Positions 39,513 to 48,859 of a stretch of 64,000 nt of DNA are shown here, one piece after another. The notes under the pieces are model-generated. The model saw only the letters and a program-made list of their open reading frames with translations, did not search any database and was not told the origin of the DNA. The stretch comes from a virus. Position numbers and translations under genes: made by a program. Numbering within the stretch: the stretch's first letter is position 1; every line of letters begins with the position of its first letter. The stretch covers positions 26,823-90,822 of the IMG/VR virus record IMGVR_UViG_3300025853_000046; one strand, written 5' to 3'.

Positions 39513-42103
39513 CTGAATAGCCCCTTTACCTTGTAGATTATATCAGGGCTAACCCCAAATAGATAAGACAGTGTATTAAATGAATCATTAGATTCTACAA
39601 TACCCTCGATGTCACGAGCATATAAATCAATTTTATCTTCCTTAGCAATTAAATCTAATGCGTATTCGACATGCTCAACATTATCTGTTTGTAAAAATGC
39701 CTTGTAAATCATTTGGTTTTTATCATCCTTTAGTAAATCTAATGCCTCAATGTATGCTTTATACATAGCATCCTTATCCGTTAATTCTCTTTTAATTGTC
39801 AAGGGGCTATCATTCATTTCTCTTACGAGGTTTTTAAGTGAGGTTTCCATTTTATTGTCTAATGCGTATTGCTCAAAATCGGGGTCTTCAAGAACATCAA
39901 ATAGGCGAAGATTACCTAAAGTAAATTGTTTATTTTCATATTCTTTTATAGGTTTTCCTTCATACTCCACACTTTCTATAAGATTACCACTGGATTTTAA
40001 TAAGTCAAAAATAAATTTACCTAATGAATTGCGAATGTCTGAAGTAATTTTGGTAACTACCTCTCTTTTACTTTGCCCTTCATCTAAAACTAAGTCGGCT
40101 AAATATAAGTTATTAAAAATTGGTTCTACTTCCTGAAATATTTCAATCATTTCCGCTGGGCCTAATTGTCCGTAGTATTTTAGTTTCTCGAAAAAATTAG
40201 CAAGTGTATCTAAATCTTTTTTATCTAAATTGATATTTTTTCTTTTAACCATACTTCTTTTCATTCCAGCAAGAACGCTTTTTCTTGACTTAGTGGACAG
40301 TGAAATAATTTTCTTATAATTAGAGTCTTTGGTAAATTCAGGTGCATCATTGTGGAAGAAAAATCTTGGGTCTAATGTTTCGTAGTAGTAAGCATTTACA
40401 AGTTTAATTAATTCATCATAGATAAATATAAAATCTTGGTATTTTTTTTCAGGTTTTGATTCTGCAAACTTTCCAGCCGTAGAAGGATAACTACCCCCTC
40501 TTGTATATGCCGTTTGACCTGAACCTCTTAATCTCGCCCCTCTTGGGGCATTGATATTATACATAGATTCTGGTATAATATTTTTAATATCATTAATTAC
40601 TTTCATAGTATTTTTTACCATCTCATTGATAGTGTCCACATATTTAAAATAGTTATCAAAAGGAGTATCTTTCTTAGTAAATACTAATAAATCATCCTTT
40701 AGTTCTAACTCATAGTATGATAATACAAGTTGCTTGTGATTTAAACGACTAAGAAATGTTTTATTTTTAGTATCATCTATAATGGAAAATGTATATGATT
40801 CTCTTTCAGTGAAATCGCTTATCAATTCATCAGCAAAAGCATCAATGGCTTCTATCCTACTTTGAATTATCTCTTGTCTCACATTAGTTAATTGTTCAGT
40901 CATTTCTGATTTAATTTTATTTTTAATTCCATCGGCCAATTTCCAATCAATAAAAAAACCACCCTTTTTAAAAGCAGAAAGTAAGGCTAAGGGGTCTCCT
41001 ATTTTTTTAACCTTATTGATTTTTTGATTCGCTACCTCACCAACTTGTTCTGTTGGGTCTACTGAAGTTGTTGTAGTGGTTTGTGAACCTGTATCAGTAT
41101 CTTTAATATTAAGTTCTTCTCGTTGAGAAGTTTCACCACTACCTCTTGTAAATAGTTCTTGATATTCTCTTGTGTCTCCAGTTTTTGCTTGTAAAAAATC
41201 ACTGGCTAATTTAATCAATGTCACCTTGTCTTCATATTGGCTCATAGAAATATCACCTTTATATGTTACAGTAAATTTGGGCAATTTAATTCCACCCCTA
41301 CCTGTAAGTTTCTTTATAATAGACAATCTTACTTTATTAAAATCTTCAATATCTTTATACCCTAACAATTCTTCCTGAAACTTTTTATCAGCAAATGTAA
41401 TATTTAGTGCTGAATCATATGACACTTCTTGTGGAAATGGAAAAGTCTCATTACCTAACGAATTAAAAACGCTTTGTGTTTCATCCCAATATTCATAGAT
41501 TTTAATTCTATCATCAGAATTTTTTATATCATATTTTCTAAATAAATCTACGATACCCGATAAATCCTTAGTAGGTTTTAGTTCAACCTCTTCGTCTTCC
41601 CCTTCCATAGCACTAATTATAATATTAAAAAATCGCCCAACGCTCGGATATTTATTTGTAATTTCTGGAACATTAAGTTCTTGCATAACATCAGTAATCT
41701 CACTATCATTAACTGAAACTAATGTTAACCCGTTAAGTTCTTCGCCCATCTGTAAAACTTTGGACATTTTTTCAGCGGCGGAATATGATAATAGATTAAC
41801 ACTACTATTTTTATAAACTTCGGTATTACCTATTAGAATTGTAGGAGAACCGCTGGCAATATCCAATAAAATTAAAATATCTAAAAGTTCTTTAGGTAAA
41901 TTGAAACCAGCCGTTTTTGCTTTTTTAGATAACGATGTATAAAAATCAACCGTTACCTTTCTCGCTTTGGGGTTCTTTTCAGTTTTTTCCGGCCCTACTG
42001 TTCCTGCTAACTCGTAAATATTTGAGTATAATGGATGCTCTTGTATAAAATTATCTAACATTCTTAAATATTCATCTTCACTTACTATTTGCATTTTAAT
42101 CAC
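39509..42103 (-). CDS. Large hypothetical protein (864 aa)
   Basis: Long coupled ORF upstream of TerL; HTH-like extreme C-terminus. Confidence 0.6.
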   Translation of the reverse strand: MIKMQIVSEDEYLRMLDNFIQEHPLYSNIYELAGTVGPEKTEKNPKARKVTVDFYTSLSKKAKTAGFNLPKELLDILILLDIASGSPTILIGNTEVYKNSSVNLLSYSAAEKMSKVLQMGEELNGLTLVSVNDSEITDVMQELNVPEITNKYPSVGRFFNIIISAMEGEDEEVELKPTKDLSGIVDLFRKYDIKNSDDRIKIYEYWDETQSVFNSLGNETFPFPQEVSYDSALNITFADKKFQEELLGYKDIEDFNKVRLSIIKKLTGRGGIKLPKFTVTYKGDISMSQYEDKVTLIKLASDFLQAKTGDTREYQELFTRGSGETSQREELNIKDTDTGSQTTTTTSVDPTEQVGEVANQKINKVKKIGDPLALLSAFKKGGFFIDWKLADGIKNKIKSEMTEQLTNVRQEIIQSRIEAIDAFADELISDFTERESYTFSIIDDTKNKTFLSRLNHKQLVLSYYELELKDDLLVFTKKDTPFDNYFKYVDTINEMVKNTMKVINDIKNIIPESMYNINAPRGARLRGSGQTAYTRGGSYPSTAGKFAESKPEKKYQDFIFIYDELIKLVNAYYYETLDPRFFFHNDAPEFTKDSNYKKIISLSTKSRKSVLAGMKRSMVKRKNINLDKKDLDTLANFFEKLKYYGQLGPAEMIEIFQEVEPIFNNLYLADLVLDEGQSKREVVTKITSDIRNSLGKFIFDLLKSSGNLIESVEYEGKPIKEYENKQFTLGNLRLFDVLEDPDFEQYALDNKMETSLKNLVREMNDSPLTIKRELTDKDAMYKAYIEALDLLKDDKNQMIYKAFLQTDNVEHVEYALDLIAKEDKIDLYARDIEGIVESNDSFNTLSYLFGVSPDIIYKVKGLFR

Positions 42104-43775
42104 CTTCTTCCTGTAATGGTCTAAATTGTCTTAAAGCGGAAGGACTTAATGTTTTTAAGAAATCCCACGGGTCAAGATTTTGTTTATTAACCGAGACTGT
42201 TAAGTAATTGCCCTTGCTTTTTATTTCATCAAATGAAATACTTTTTATCCAATTTAGTAATTCCGTAGTAACACCTTGAACAATTGGTATTAGTATTTTT
42301 TCTACTGCTTCACTGATTTGAGTTTCTAATTCTTCGGCTTCTCGACTTAACGCTCTTATTGATTGGTCTTCTATTATTTCTTGAATTTCACTTAAGACAA
42401 AATTAATTTCTTCCAAACCTTCTACCCCGAATTTGCTTGCGAAGGAAATTAAATTTAAAAATTGCTCACCTTTGGCTCTCACTAAATCATCTTCCCCCTC
42501 CATAAATACGGGAGAATAATTTTGCGGTATTACAAACGGCGTTGGATTTTCTTGCATGTAATACGAAGTTAATAATTTCATAAATCTTAAATCGTTGAAT
42601 TGAGATGGAAGGTCTACTTGTGTAATATTTTTAAGACCTTCGTTTTCAATCCATTTATTAAAACTTTGGCGTTCAGTAGAATTTGCTTTTTTAGTATTTG
42701 CTATAAGTGCGTCTTCTGCTTCTTTCTTAGCCCCTGCGTCAATTACAAGTTTATTTGTCTCCTTGTCTCTTTGGGCAACAGTGACCCCTGCGACTGTAAA
42801 GATTTTTTGATTTTCACCTACCATTCTAAGTTGTCGCTTATATTCTGATGAAGCCCATTCGGGTATTCTTCGATTATTTTTTAAATCTAAACCTGTTCCG
42901 ATACGGGTTTTTTGAGATGTCTTAAATGTAAGTAAATTAGAAGTCAATGATTCAATTACAGCAGGTGTAGGTGAATCTCCTAATAGAATTATTCTTTTTG
43001 TCCAAGCCGCCTTCGATTCAAGATTTTTACCATTTTTTATAAAATCTGCAAAAGGGCCTTGTAAGTTTGTATCAGACCTGTTAATCATATGATTGAATAT
43101 CTTAATGATAGATTCAAAATCAGTTTTATTTTTAGTTAATATAATTTCTCTCGCTTGGCGATTAGAAAATTGCTGTTCCGTATCTTCAGGTTCGGTATGA
43201 ATATTATTTAATTGGGTTAAAAATTTAGTAGAAAATTCTTCTATGAGAGATTTGTCTAATTTTGCATATGCTTCATTATTAGGCTCTATTAATTGTAAAA
43301 GTCTTTTTGTTTCGTTATTTTGTTTCTTATTATTTTTACCTACTTCAACCGCCTTTAATTCACGAGCAGTTATCATAGAGTAGATTAGCGCAAGAGGATT
43401 ACCTTTAAGCAATTCTTCATAAATAGTTTGAATGTTGCTCTCAATCCATCTCAAGGGGTCTCCCTGCATTTTGTCTGCAAAGGTTTCTGTTTCGCTATAC
43501 TTGCGTTCTAATATTTTAGAAAACACAATAGGATAAAGTCTGTCATAAGTAGGCTGGGCTAAGGCTTTAATCTTCTTAGGGTTTCTTCCCCGCTGTTTAA
43601 TCATTTCAGCAAAAGACTTATCCTCATCAATAATAATTTCTCTTTCAAACCTTCTTAGGTTTGTAGGGCTAATTTCTTTTAAATTATCTAAATACTTAGT
43701 AGAAGGTTCTTTACCCCGCCGAGGATTTAATCCCCTACGGGCTTCATCTATATTCAGGTATTGCATGGCTATCAC
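42096..43775 (-). CDS. Hypothetical protein (559 aa)
   Basis: Long coupled ORF. Confidence 0.6.
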   Translation of the reverse strand: MIAMQYLNIDEARRGLNPRRGKEPSTKYLDNLKEISPTNLRRFEREIIIDEDKSFAEMIKQRGRNPKKIKALAQPTYDRLYPIVFSKILERKYSETETFADKMQGDPLRWIESNIQTIYEELLKGNPLALIYSMITARELKAVEVGKNNKKQNNETKRLLQLIEPNNEAYAKLDKSLIEEFSTKFLTQLNNIHTEPEDTEQQFSNRQAREIILTKNKTDFESIIKIFNHMINRSDTNLQGPFADFIKNGKNLESKAAWTKRIILLGDSPTPAVIESLTSNLLTFKTSQKTRIGTGLDLKNNRRIPEWASSEYKRQLRMVGENQKIFTVAGVTVAQRDKETNKLVIDAGAKKEAEDALIANTKKANSTERQSFNKWIENEGLKNITQVDLPSQFNDLRFMKLLTSYYMQENPTPFVIPQNYSPVFMEGEDDLVRAKGEQFLNLISFASKFGVEGLEEINFVLSEIQEIIEDQSIRALSREAEELETQISEAVEKILIPIVQGVTTELLNWIKSISFDEIKSKGNYLTVSVNKQNLDPWDFLKTLSPSALRQFRPLQEEGD

Positions 43776-43957
43776 TTAAGCAACATGTAAATTCCCAAAA
43801 TTCCACCTAAAACAATTATTACTTTTGGTAGTGCCTTTTGAATTAAAGCCTTATACTTTGCCTCTTGGCCTTCGGAAATAAGCCCCAAATCTTCTGCTAA
43901 TTCTACAATGTCTTCTGCAATATCAGCGGCATCTTCTATTTTATCTTCTGTACTCAT
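43772..43957 (-). CDS. Small protein with C-terminal transmembrane helix (61 aa)
   Basis: Acidic N-terminus and 'VIIVLGGILGIYMLLK'; TATAAATA boxes upstream. Confidence 0.6.
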   Translation of the reverse strand: MSTEDKIEDAADIAEDIVELAEDLGLISEGQEAKYKALIQKALPKVIIVLGGILGIYMLLK

Positions 43958-43999
43958 ATGAATCCCTATTTATATCTTAGAGGGATTTGGTATTTATAG

Positions 44000-44425
44000 T
44001 TATTCGTTATCTAATTGATTTTTAAAACAAAACATATCCATGTATATTTCATTATATGTGCCTAATAATGTGCTGTAGGCTTCTGCTATTTCTACTCTAA
44101 AATCACGGGTAGTTGAGACATCGGATTGTTTAATTAGCGTTATTAGGTTCTTACAAACTTCAATTAATTCTTCAAACCTATCAATTCGCAGGTCGGTATC
44201 ATTAATGCACTCGTCTTCTTTTTCAAGAGTTTTTTGCCCTTCACGGTTTGCTACTGCTAATCTTTTGGCTTCACGCTTTTTTCTTTCGGCTAACGACTTA
44301 TCAGCCTTTTTTCTTTCGGCTACTATTTCTTCTATTGGGTTAATATCTGCGATATTTTTTCCATCCAAAGTTCTTTGTAGGCCAAATTTAGTTTGTTTTT
44401 TTCTTAAACCGTCTTGCCAAATCAT
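44000..44425 (-). CDS. Tagged hypothetical protein (MIWQDGLRK)
   Basis: Variant of the N-terminal motif. Confidence 0.55.
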   Translation of the reverse strand: MIWQDGLRKKQTKFGLQRTLDGKNIADINPIEEIVAERKKADKSLAERKKREAKRLAVANREGQKTLEKEDECINDTDLRIDRFEELIEVCKNLITLIKQSDVSTTRDFRVEIAEAYSTLLGTYNEIYMDMFCFKNQLDNE

Positions 44426-44667
44426 GCTGTAAATGGCCCCCTTCTTTTGCTTTCTGGTTTATGTGTATAGATGTCGCCATCGGTGTGAATGTAAATTTTC
44501 TTTTTTCTAACTAAATCGTTAACAATTCTTTTTAGAGTTTTACGGTCGGCAATACTTTTTAGATTCTTCATACCCAAAGCACCGCCTTCTTTTTTAATTT
44601 CTGCAAGAATTTTTTCTTCAATCTCACGGTCTGATTCTTTAGCCTTTAGTATATCTTCCCAACTCAT
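44422..44667 (-). CDS. Tagged wHTH-like protein (MSWEDILKA)
   Basis: True start ATG 44667; 'IEEKILAEIKKEGGALGMKNL...LVRKKKIY' wHTH pattern. Confidence 0.6.
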   Translation of the reverse strand: MSWEDILKAKESDREIEEKILAEIKKEGGALGMKNLKSIADRKTLKRIVNDLVRKKKIYIHTDGDIYTHKPESKRRGPFTA

Positions 44668-44671
44668 TTTA

Positions 44672-45025
44672 TCACTCTCTTTGTTTTCTATTATAATATG
44701 ATTGTTCTTCATCAATGGTAAGTGGTCTACCTTCTTCTCTAATAATATCTTGCATAGTCGGTTCACCCTTTCCTTGACTTGCATACATCTCAAAGTAATT
44801 ATCAACTATTGTTCTTGCGGGAATCTGTCTTTTAGGTTTAGGGGTAGGTTTTGGTTTAGGGGTGGGTGTGGGCTTAGGTGGTTCGGGCATATATCGGGAA
44901 GTGGGTTTTTCTCCTCTGAATTTATTCCTCGCAAATTTTGCCCTATCGTGAATTAATTTTCCAGCGTCATATGCGCTAAAACTTTTTTTTCGAGATTTCT
45001 TTTTTAGAATATCTTCCCAACTCAT
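44672..45025 (-). CDS. Tagged basic Pro-rich protein (MSWEDILKK)
   Basis: N-terminal motif; PKPTP linker. Confidence 0.6.
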   Translation of the reverse strand: MSWEDILKKKSRKKSFSAYDAGKLIHDRAKFARNKFRGEKPTSRYMPEPPKPTPTPKPKPTPKPKRQIPARTIVDNYFEMYASQGKGEPTMQDIIREEGRPLTIDEEQSYYNRKQRE

Positions 45026-45861
45026 TTTCCTTTCCTCCGTTTGTAAGTTTTACAAGCCGCACAAGTAGGGCGGCATCTTCTCTTTCTACCCTTTGAAGCA
45101 TCTTTTCTACCACAAGGTTTAGGGCCGTTTTTCTTTCCACATGAAGAACAGTCAATCCATCCTCCCTGTGTTTTCTTCCCTTTACCTTCCTTTCCACCTC
45201 TTCGAGAAAACCACCCATGTAAGCCTTCGGACTTCTCTCTCTTAAAGTTATCGCCACTTTGTAAAATATTTTCCCAAGATTTAGAAATATCTAAATACGC
45301 ATCGGCAAGCATAAGTCCTACTTTTTTACCTGCTTCTATATCACTCGGATAATGATTACCCATTTGAACACGGGAGAAAGAAATTTTTTCAGCCAAAGAG
45401 TTAAGTTCTTTTTTCTTATCGGGATATTTTTCACCGAGAACTTTAGCCAGCGCATGTGCTTCAATAGCATGGCCGCTTGGGAAAGAAGGTGTATCGTCTG
45501 TTGTTGTTATAGATTTAATTTCATCCGAAATTTCATATGGTCGCTTTCTACCATATTTCATTTTAAGCCTTATAGTATGAATGTCTACATCTTCAATAAA
45601 ATCTTCCCAATCCGAAATTTTCTCACCAACAACATCAACTAACATTTTATGATTATTCTTATCTAAATTTTCAATAGTTTTTTTATCTAAGTCTTGGTCT
45701 TTTATAATTTTTAAAACCTTTGGAAGTTCCTCTTCGTTATCAGGAAATGACAATTCAGGAATGTCCACTTCAAAGGAAGGTTTGGAATCAAGTAATTTTT
45801 GCTTACTCGCAGAAAGACTGTTCATCCATTTGGATTCTTCCTTGAGTATGTATTGCCACAT
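45022..45861 (-). CDS. Tagged PAP2-family phosphatase/haloperoxidase-like protein fused to a Cys-rich basic domain (MWQYILK)
   Basis: 'KMKYGRKRP', 'PSFPSGHA' and 'SRVQMGNHYPSD' PAP2 motifs; second tag-like 'SK|SWENILQ' before 'GLHGWF...WIDC...PCGR...CRP'. Confidence 0.8.
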   Translation of the reverse strand: MWQYILKEESKWMNSLSASKQKLLDSKPSFEVDIPELSFPDNEEELPKVLKIIKDQDLDKKTIENLDKNNHKMLVDVVGEKISDWEDFIEDVDIHTIRLKMKYGRKRPYEISDEIKSITTTDDTPSFPSGHAIEAHALAKVLGEKYPDKKKELNSLAEKISFSRVQMGNHYPSDIEAGKKVGLMLADAYLDISKSWENILQSGDNFKREKSEGLHGWFSRRGGKEGKGKKTQGGWIDCSSCGKKNGPKPCGRKDASKGRKRRCRPTCAACKTYKRRKGK

Positions 45862-45865
45862 TATA

Positions 45866-46030
45866 TCACTTCTTTTTTGAATTGCCCCAATTAGCCGCAC
45901 CCTTTTTACGACATTGAACTAAAGCACCAGAAGCATAGGCGGAAGGCCATTTTTTATAACGACTTCTTACCTTGCGATAACAAGCGTCTTTTTTTGTCTT
46001 AGATTTTTTACGCAATACATCGAACCACAT
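45866..46030 (-). CDS. Tagged small basic protein (MWFDVLRK)
   Basis: 'KDACYRKVRSRYKKWPSAYASGALVQCRKKGAANWG' resembles a small domain common in marine phages. Confidence 0.65.
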   Translation of the reverse strand: MWFDVLRKKSKTKKDACYRKVRSRYKKWPSAYASGALVQCRKKGAANWGNSKKK

Positions 46031-46031
46031 A

Positions 46032-46235
46032 TTATGCGCCTCTAATATTATATTTTCTAATAACATTTCTTAACGCTATTCTTTTTTTAGAGTCATTACT
46101 GACATGTGAAATGAGGGGGTTATTATATTCTTTTTTATATTCTTTAACTTGTTCAGGATTAAAGTGGTAGGTCTTACCATCAACGGAAAATTTTTTACCG
46201 ATAATTTTAATCTTTAAAATCTGAAACCATTCCAA
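46032..46235 (-). CDS. Tagged small protein (MEWFQILK, TTG start)
   Basis: N-terminal motif. Confidence 0.55.
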   Translation of the reverse strand: MEWFQILKIKIIGKKFSVDGKTYHFNPEQVKEYKKEYNNPLISHVSNDSKKRIALRNVIRKYNIRGA

Positions 46236-46236
46236 T

Positions 46237-46431
46237 TTAATCCCTCTCTTCTGTCTTCATGGGGCAATTAGGTTTAATTGGTAGAGGGGGTAAGTTCATA
46301 GGACACATGTTAAATTTTACGACACTTTTTTTACATCTTGGACAAACGCCCGTTTTTTTAACACCCTTTTCGATACCTAATTTTTGATAGGCGAAGAGGT
46401 CTTTTTCTTTAATTAAGTCTGTCCATGTCAT
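46237..46431 (-). CDS. Tagged small Cys-rich protein (MTWTDLIK)
   Basis: CPRC...C...C. Confidence 0.55.
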   Translation of the reverse strand: MTWTDLIKEKDLFAYQKLGIEKGVKKTGVCPRCKKSVVKFNMCPMNLPPLPIKPNCPMKTEERD

Positions 46432-46634
46432 TCTTTCTCACTCCATAAGTTTGCCCATAGTTTATGTCTCTCGTAATTTTCTTCCAAGTAGTCAATAACC
46501 TCGTCTTTTGACGGGGCGTTATAACCAAGACTATCTGTAAGGTGTTTATAAATGTTTTCAAATAAACTGTCTTTGGTTATATAAGAATCGAGCATTTCAC
46601 GCCAATCGAGTTTAAGAATATTTTGCCACTTCAT
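46428..46634 (-). CDS. Tagged small wHTH-like protein (MKWQNILK)
   Basis: N-terminal motif. Confidence 0.55.
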   Translation of the reverse strand: MKWQNILKLDWREMLDSYITKDSLFENIYKHLTDSLGYNAPSKDEVIDYLEENYERHKLWANLWSEKE

Positions 46635-47251
46635 TGTCTCACCCTCTCTCTTCTTACAAAGGAAGCCGCTATTCTATCTATAAGGGGTCTAAGAACTCTT
46701 ATAAGTATTTCTTGAACATAATTAAATTTCTCATCAGTCATGCCAATAATATTTTTAATTTGTGTCACTCTAAAAATAATATCTTCTATCATAAGATTTA
46801 CAAAGTCAATTCTAAACTGTCTATCGCTAAAATCTCTATCTATATATGCTTGCATTTCTAATGTAAGTATCAATTCAAAATGTTTCTTAAGAGTTCTTTC
46901 CATTTCAGGTTGTAGTTCTCTCCATATAGTCATAAATTCTTCATTAGATAATATATTAATATCTATGTCGTTTATTTGACTCATAAATTCTATAAGATTT
47001 GTCATAGTTTCTATTCCCAACTTTTGTAATTCGGGTTCTGTATTATATTGGGCTTGGTGAGTTGTTTCATGTGCTAATGACCTTGCTAATTGTTCAGGTG
47101 TAAGTTCGGGGTTTCCTGAAATAGTCATTGAATCATCTCTAAAACCATAAGTTGCGTTATGTGCTTCATCAGGTTGTATTTTAATATTAGGTGCAGGTCT
47201 ATCACGGTCTACTGGCTTGAAAGAAATTTTTAGAATTTCAAACCAATTCAT
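46631..47251 (-). CDS. Tagged zincin-like metallopeptidase (MNWFEILK)
   Basis: HExxH 'LAHETTH' with downstream 'EMQAY'. Confidence 0.6.
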   Translation of the reverse strand: MNWFEILKISFKPVDRDRPAPNIKIQPDEAHNATYGFRDDSMTISGNPELTPEQLARSLAHETTHQAQYNTEPELQKLGIETMTNLIEFMSQINDIDINILSNEEFMTIWRELQPEMERTLKKHFELILTLEMQAYIDRDFSDRQFRIDFVNLMIEDIIFRVTQIKNIIGMTDEKFNYVQEILIRVLRPLIDRIAASFVRRERVRQ

Positions 47252-47256
47252 AAAAA

Positions 47257-47424
47257 TCATTCCCCTTTGGTTCTTTTTTTCCATTTAATTTCAGGAAATA
47301 GTTTTTTAAAGTCCTTTTCAAATTGTCTAGCATCTCGTAGAAATTGTTTTTGTTCCTCAGTTAAATCGGAAAACTTCAATTTCTTTTTTTTCTCTATCTT
47401 TTTTATTTTATTCTTCCAACTCAT
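47257..47424 (-). CDS. Unlisted tagged basic protein (MSWKNKIK..., 55 aa)
   Basis: Translated by hand; GGAG SD; fills the gap between neighbours. Confidence 0.6.
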   Translation of the reverse strand: MSWKNKIKKIEKKKKLKFSDLTEEQKQFLRDARQFEKDFKKLFPEIKWKKRTKGE

Positions 47425-47436
47425 ACTAATGTCTCC

Positions 47437-47787
47437 TTATTTTTGATTCTCGTTTAAATATTGTAAAGCCTTTTTAGCAGGTTCAATCGTATAATATTCC
47501 CATTGTTTAGGGTTATAGTATCCCAATTTATTAGCGTATTTGTTTAAAGTTGCTCTTATTTCATTAATGGTAGTTAATTCGTCTAAAAGATTCACGGCGT
47601 TTCGCAACCCTTGTGGAGTTGTTATTCCAATACCTTGAGGCACTTTATCCAATTCATTATTTGCTTCTGTAGAGTATAACATTTTGATATTATAGATAGT
47701 TTCTTTTTCTTGTGTTGGTTGTTCAGATTTTTTATTTCTCCTAAACCTACCAAAGGGTGCTTTTCTTAATTGTTCTTCCCAACTCAT
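47437..47787 (-). CDS. Tagged hypothetical protein (MSWEEQLRKA)
   Basis: N-terminal motif. Confidence 0.6.
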   Translation of the reverse strand: MSWEEQLRKAPFGRFRRNKKSEQPTQEKETIYNIKMLYSTEANNELDKVPQGIGITTPQGLRNAVNLLDELTTINEIRATLNKYANKLGYYNPKQWEYYTIEPAKKALQYLNENQK

Positions 47788-47807
47788 GCTAATCTCTCCT
47801 GCATTTT

Positions 47808-48200
47808 CTAAATATTTGCTTCTTCCACAACTGCTCTTGCGTTAAACTCATAAAGCATTTGAAATGTATATCCTTCAACAACTTCTTCTATATTTAGTTT
47901 CATAGCCTTAGCCATTAAACCTATCATAATAGAATATAAAAGACTCTCATCAACAGAACCACCAAAACCATCTCCGAAATTTATAGCAAGCGATATTTCT
48001 TCTTGTTCTTCTTCTGTTAAGTTATCAAAGTAATTCAAAACCTTTTGCTTTGCTTCTCTAACCTTTCTTCTCCTAACATCATCAAACTTAATATATGGCG
48101 CATAGTTTTTCTCATCAAAAACCATATTTGAATAAGTAAAATCTTCTTCAATAAATTTACTAAAATCTGGAAGGGATTTTAATATTTTTTTCCAACTCAT
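47808..48200 (-). CDS. Tagged hypothetical protein (MSWKKILKS)
   Basis: N-terminal motif. Confidence 0.6.
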   Translation of the reverse strand: MSWKKILKSLPDFSKFIEEDFTYSNMVFDEKNYAPYIKFDDVRRRKVREAKQKVLNYFDNLTEEEQEEISLAINFGDGFGGSVDESLLYSIMIGLMAKAMKLNIEEVVEGYTFQMLYEFNARAVVEEANI

Positions 48201-48859
48201 GCTAATCTCTCCGCTATATCGTCTCGTATCTCAGTCCATACTTCGGGGTATCTTTCTATAAGAACCTTTTGTATGACTTCAATCTGCTGAATTACCACAG
48301 TTTCCTCTCTTTTATGCACTAATTTGCCCTTAAATTCCAGCGCATACTTCAAAGATTCACGAATTTCTTTGCTTAATTTTACCAAAGAATCCACGGTTTT
48401 GAAGTCTAATTCGTCATTATCTATGATAAATTGTTGAATTTTACCCTGTAACATTGAAACATTTTGCGAAAGTAGGTCAATTTCGTTCAATTCTACACGG
48501 GCTACATCTAATGCCGCCGATTGTTGAACGATAGGTTTGAGATGTTTCTTCATATGTAAGTTAATTGAATCTACCCCGACATCTAAATATTCTGCAACCT
48601 TGCTCGGTTTCATATGTCCATCTACAATTGCCGCTTCTAAATCTTTTCTATTTGGGGCTACACACATAGCACACTTATCGTTTGAATTATCGTGATAAGC
48701 ATTCAAATGTTGTTGCATATGCTTTCTTGTAGTTCCGGCTCTCCAACCTTCTTCTCTATCAAGAGCATTTGCTTCCATGCGACCTTCAAGAATTTCTATT
48801 TCTAAGTTATCCCTATCAGGATGATTACATAGAGGGCAAGATTTACGAACTTTACGCAT
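48197..48859 (-). CDS. Putative terminase small subunit (tandem CxxC-HTH domains plus coiled coil)
   Basis: Two 'C..C..P.R..LE..I..G...H...H' repeats followed by oligomerisation-type helices; upstream of TerL in the same operon. Confidence 0.5.
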   Translation of the reverse strand: MRKVRKSCPLCNHPDRDNLEIEILEGRMEANALDREEGWRAGTTRKHMQQHLNAYHDNSNDKCAMCVAPNRKDLEAAIVDGHMKPSKVAEYLDVGVDSINLHMKKHLKPIVQQSAALDVARVELNEIDLLSQNVSMLQGKIQQFIIDNDELDFKTVDSLVKLSKEIRESLKYALEFKGKLVHKREETVVIQQIEVIQKVLIERYPEVWTEIRDDIAERLA

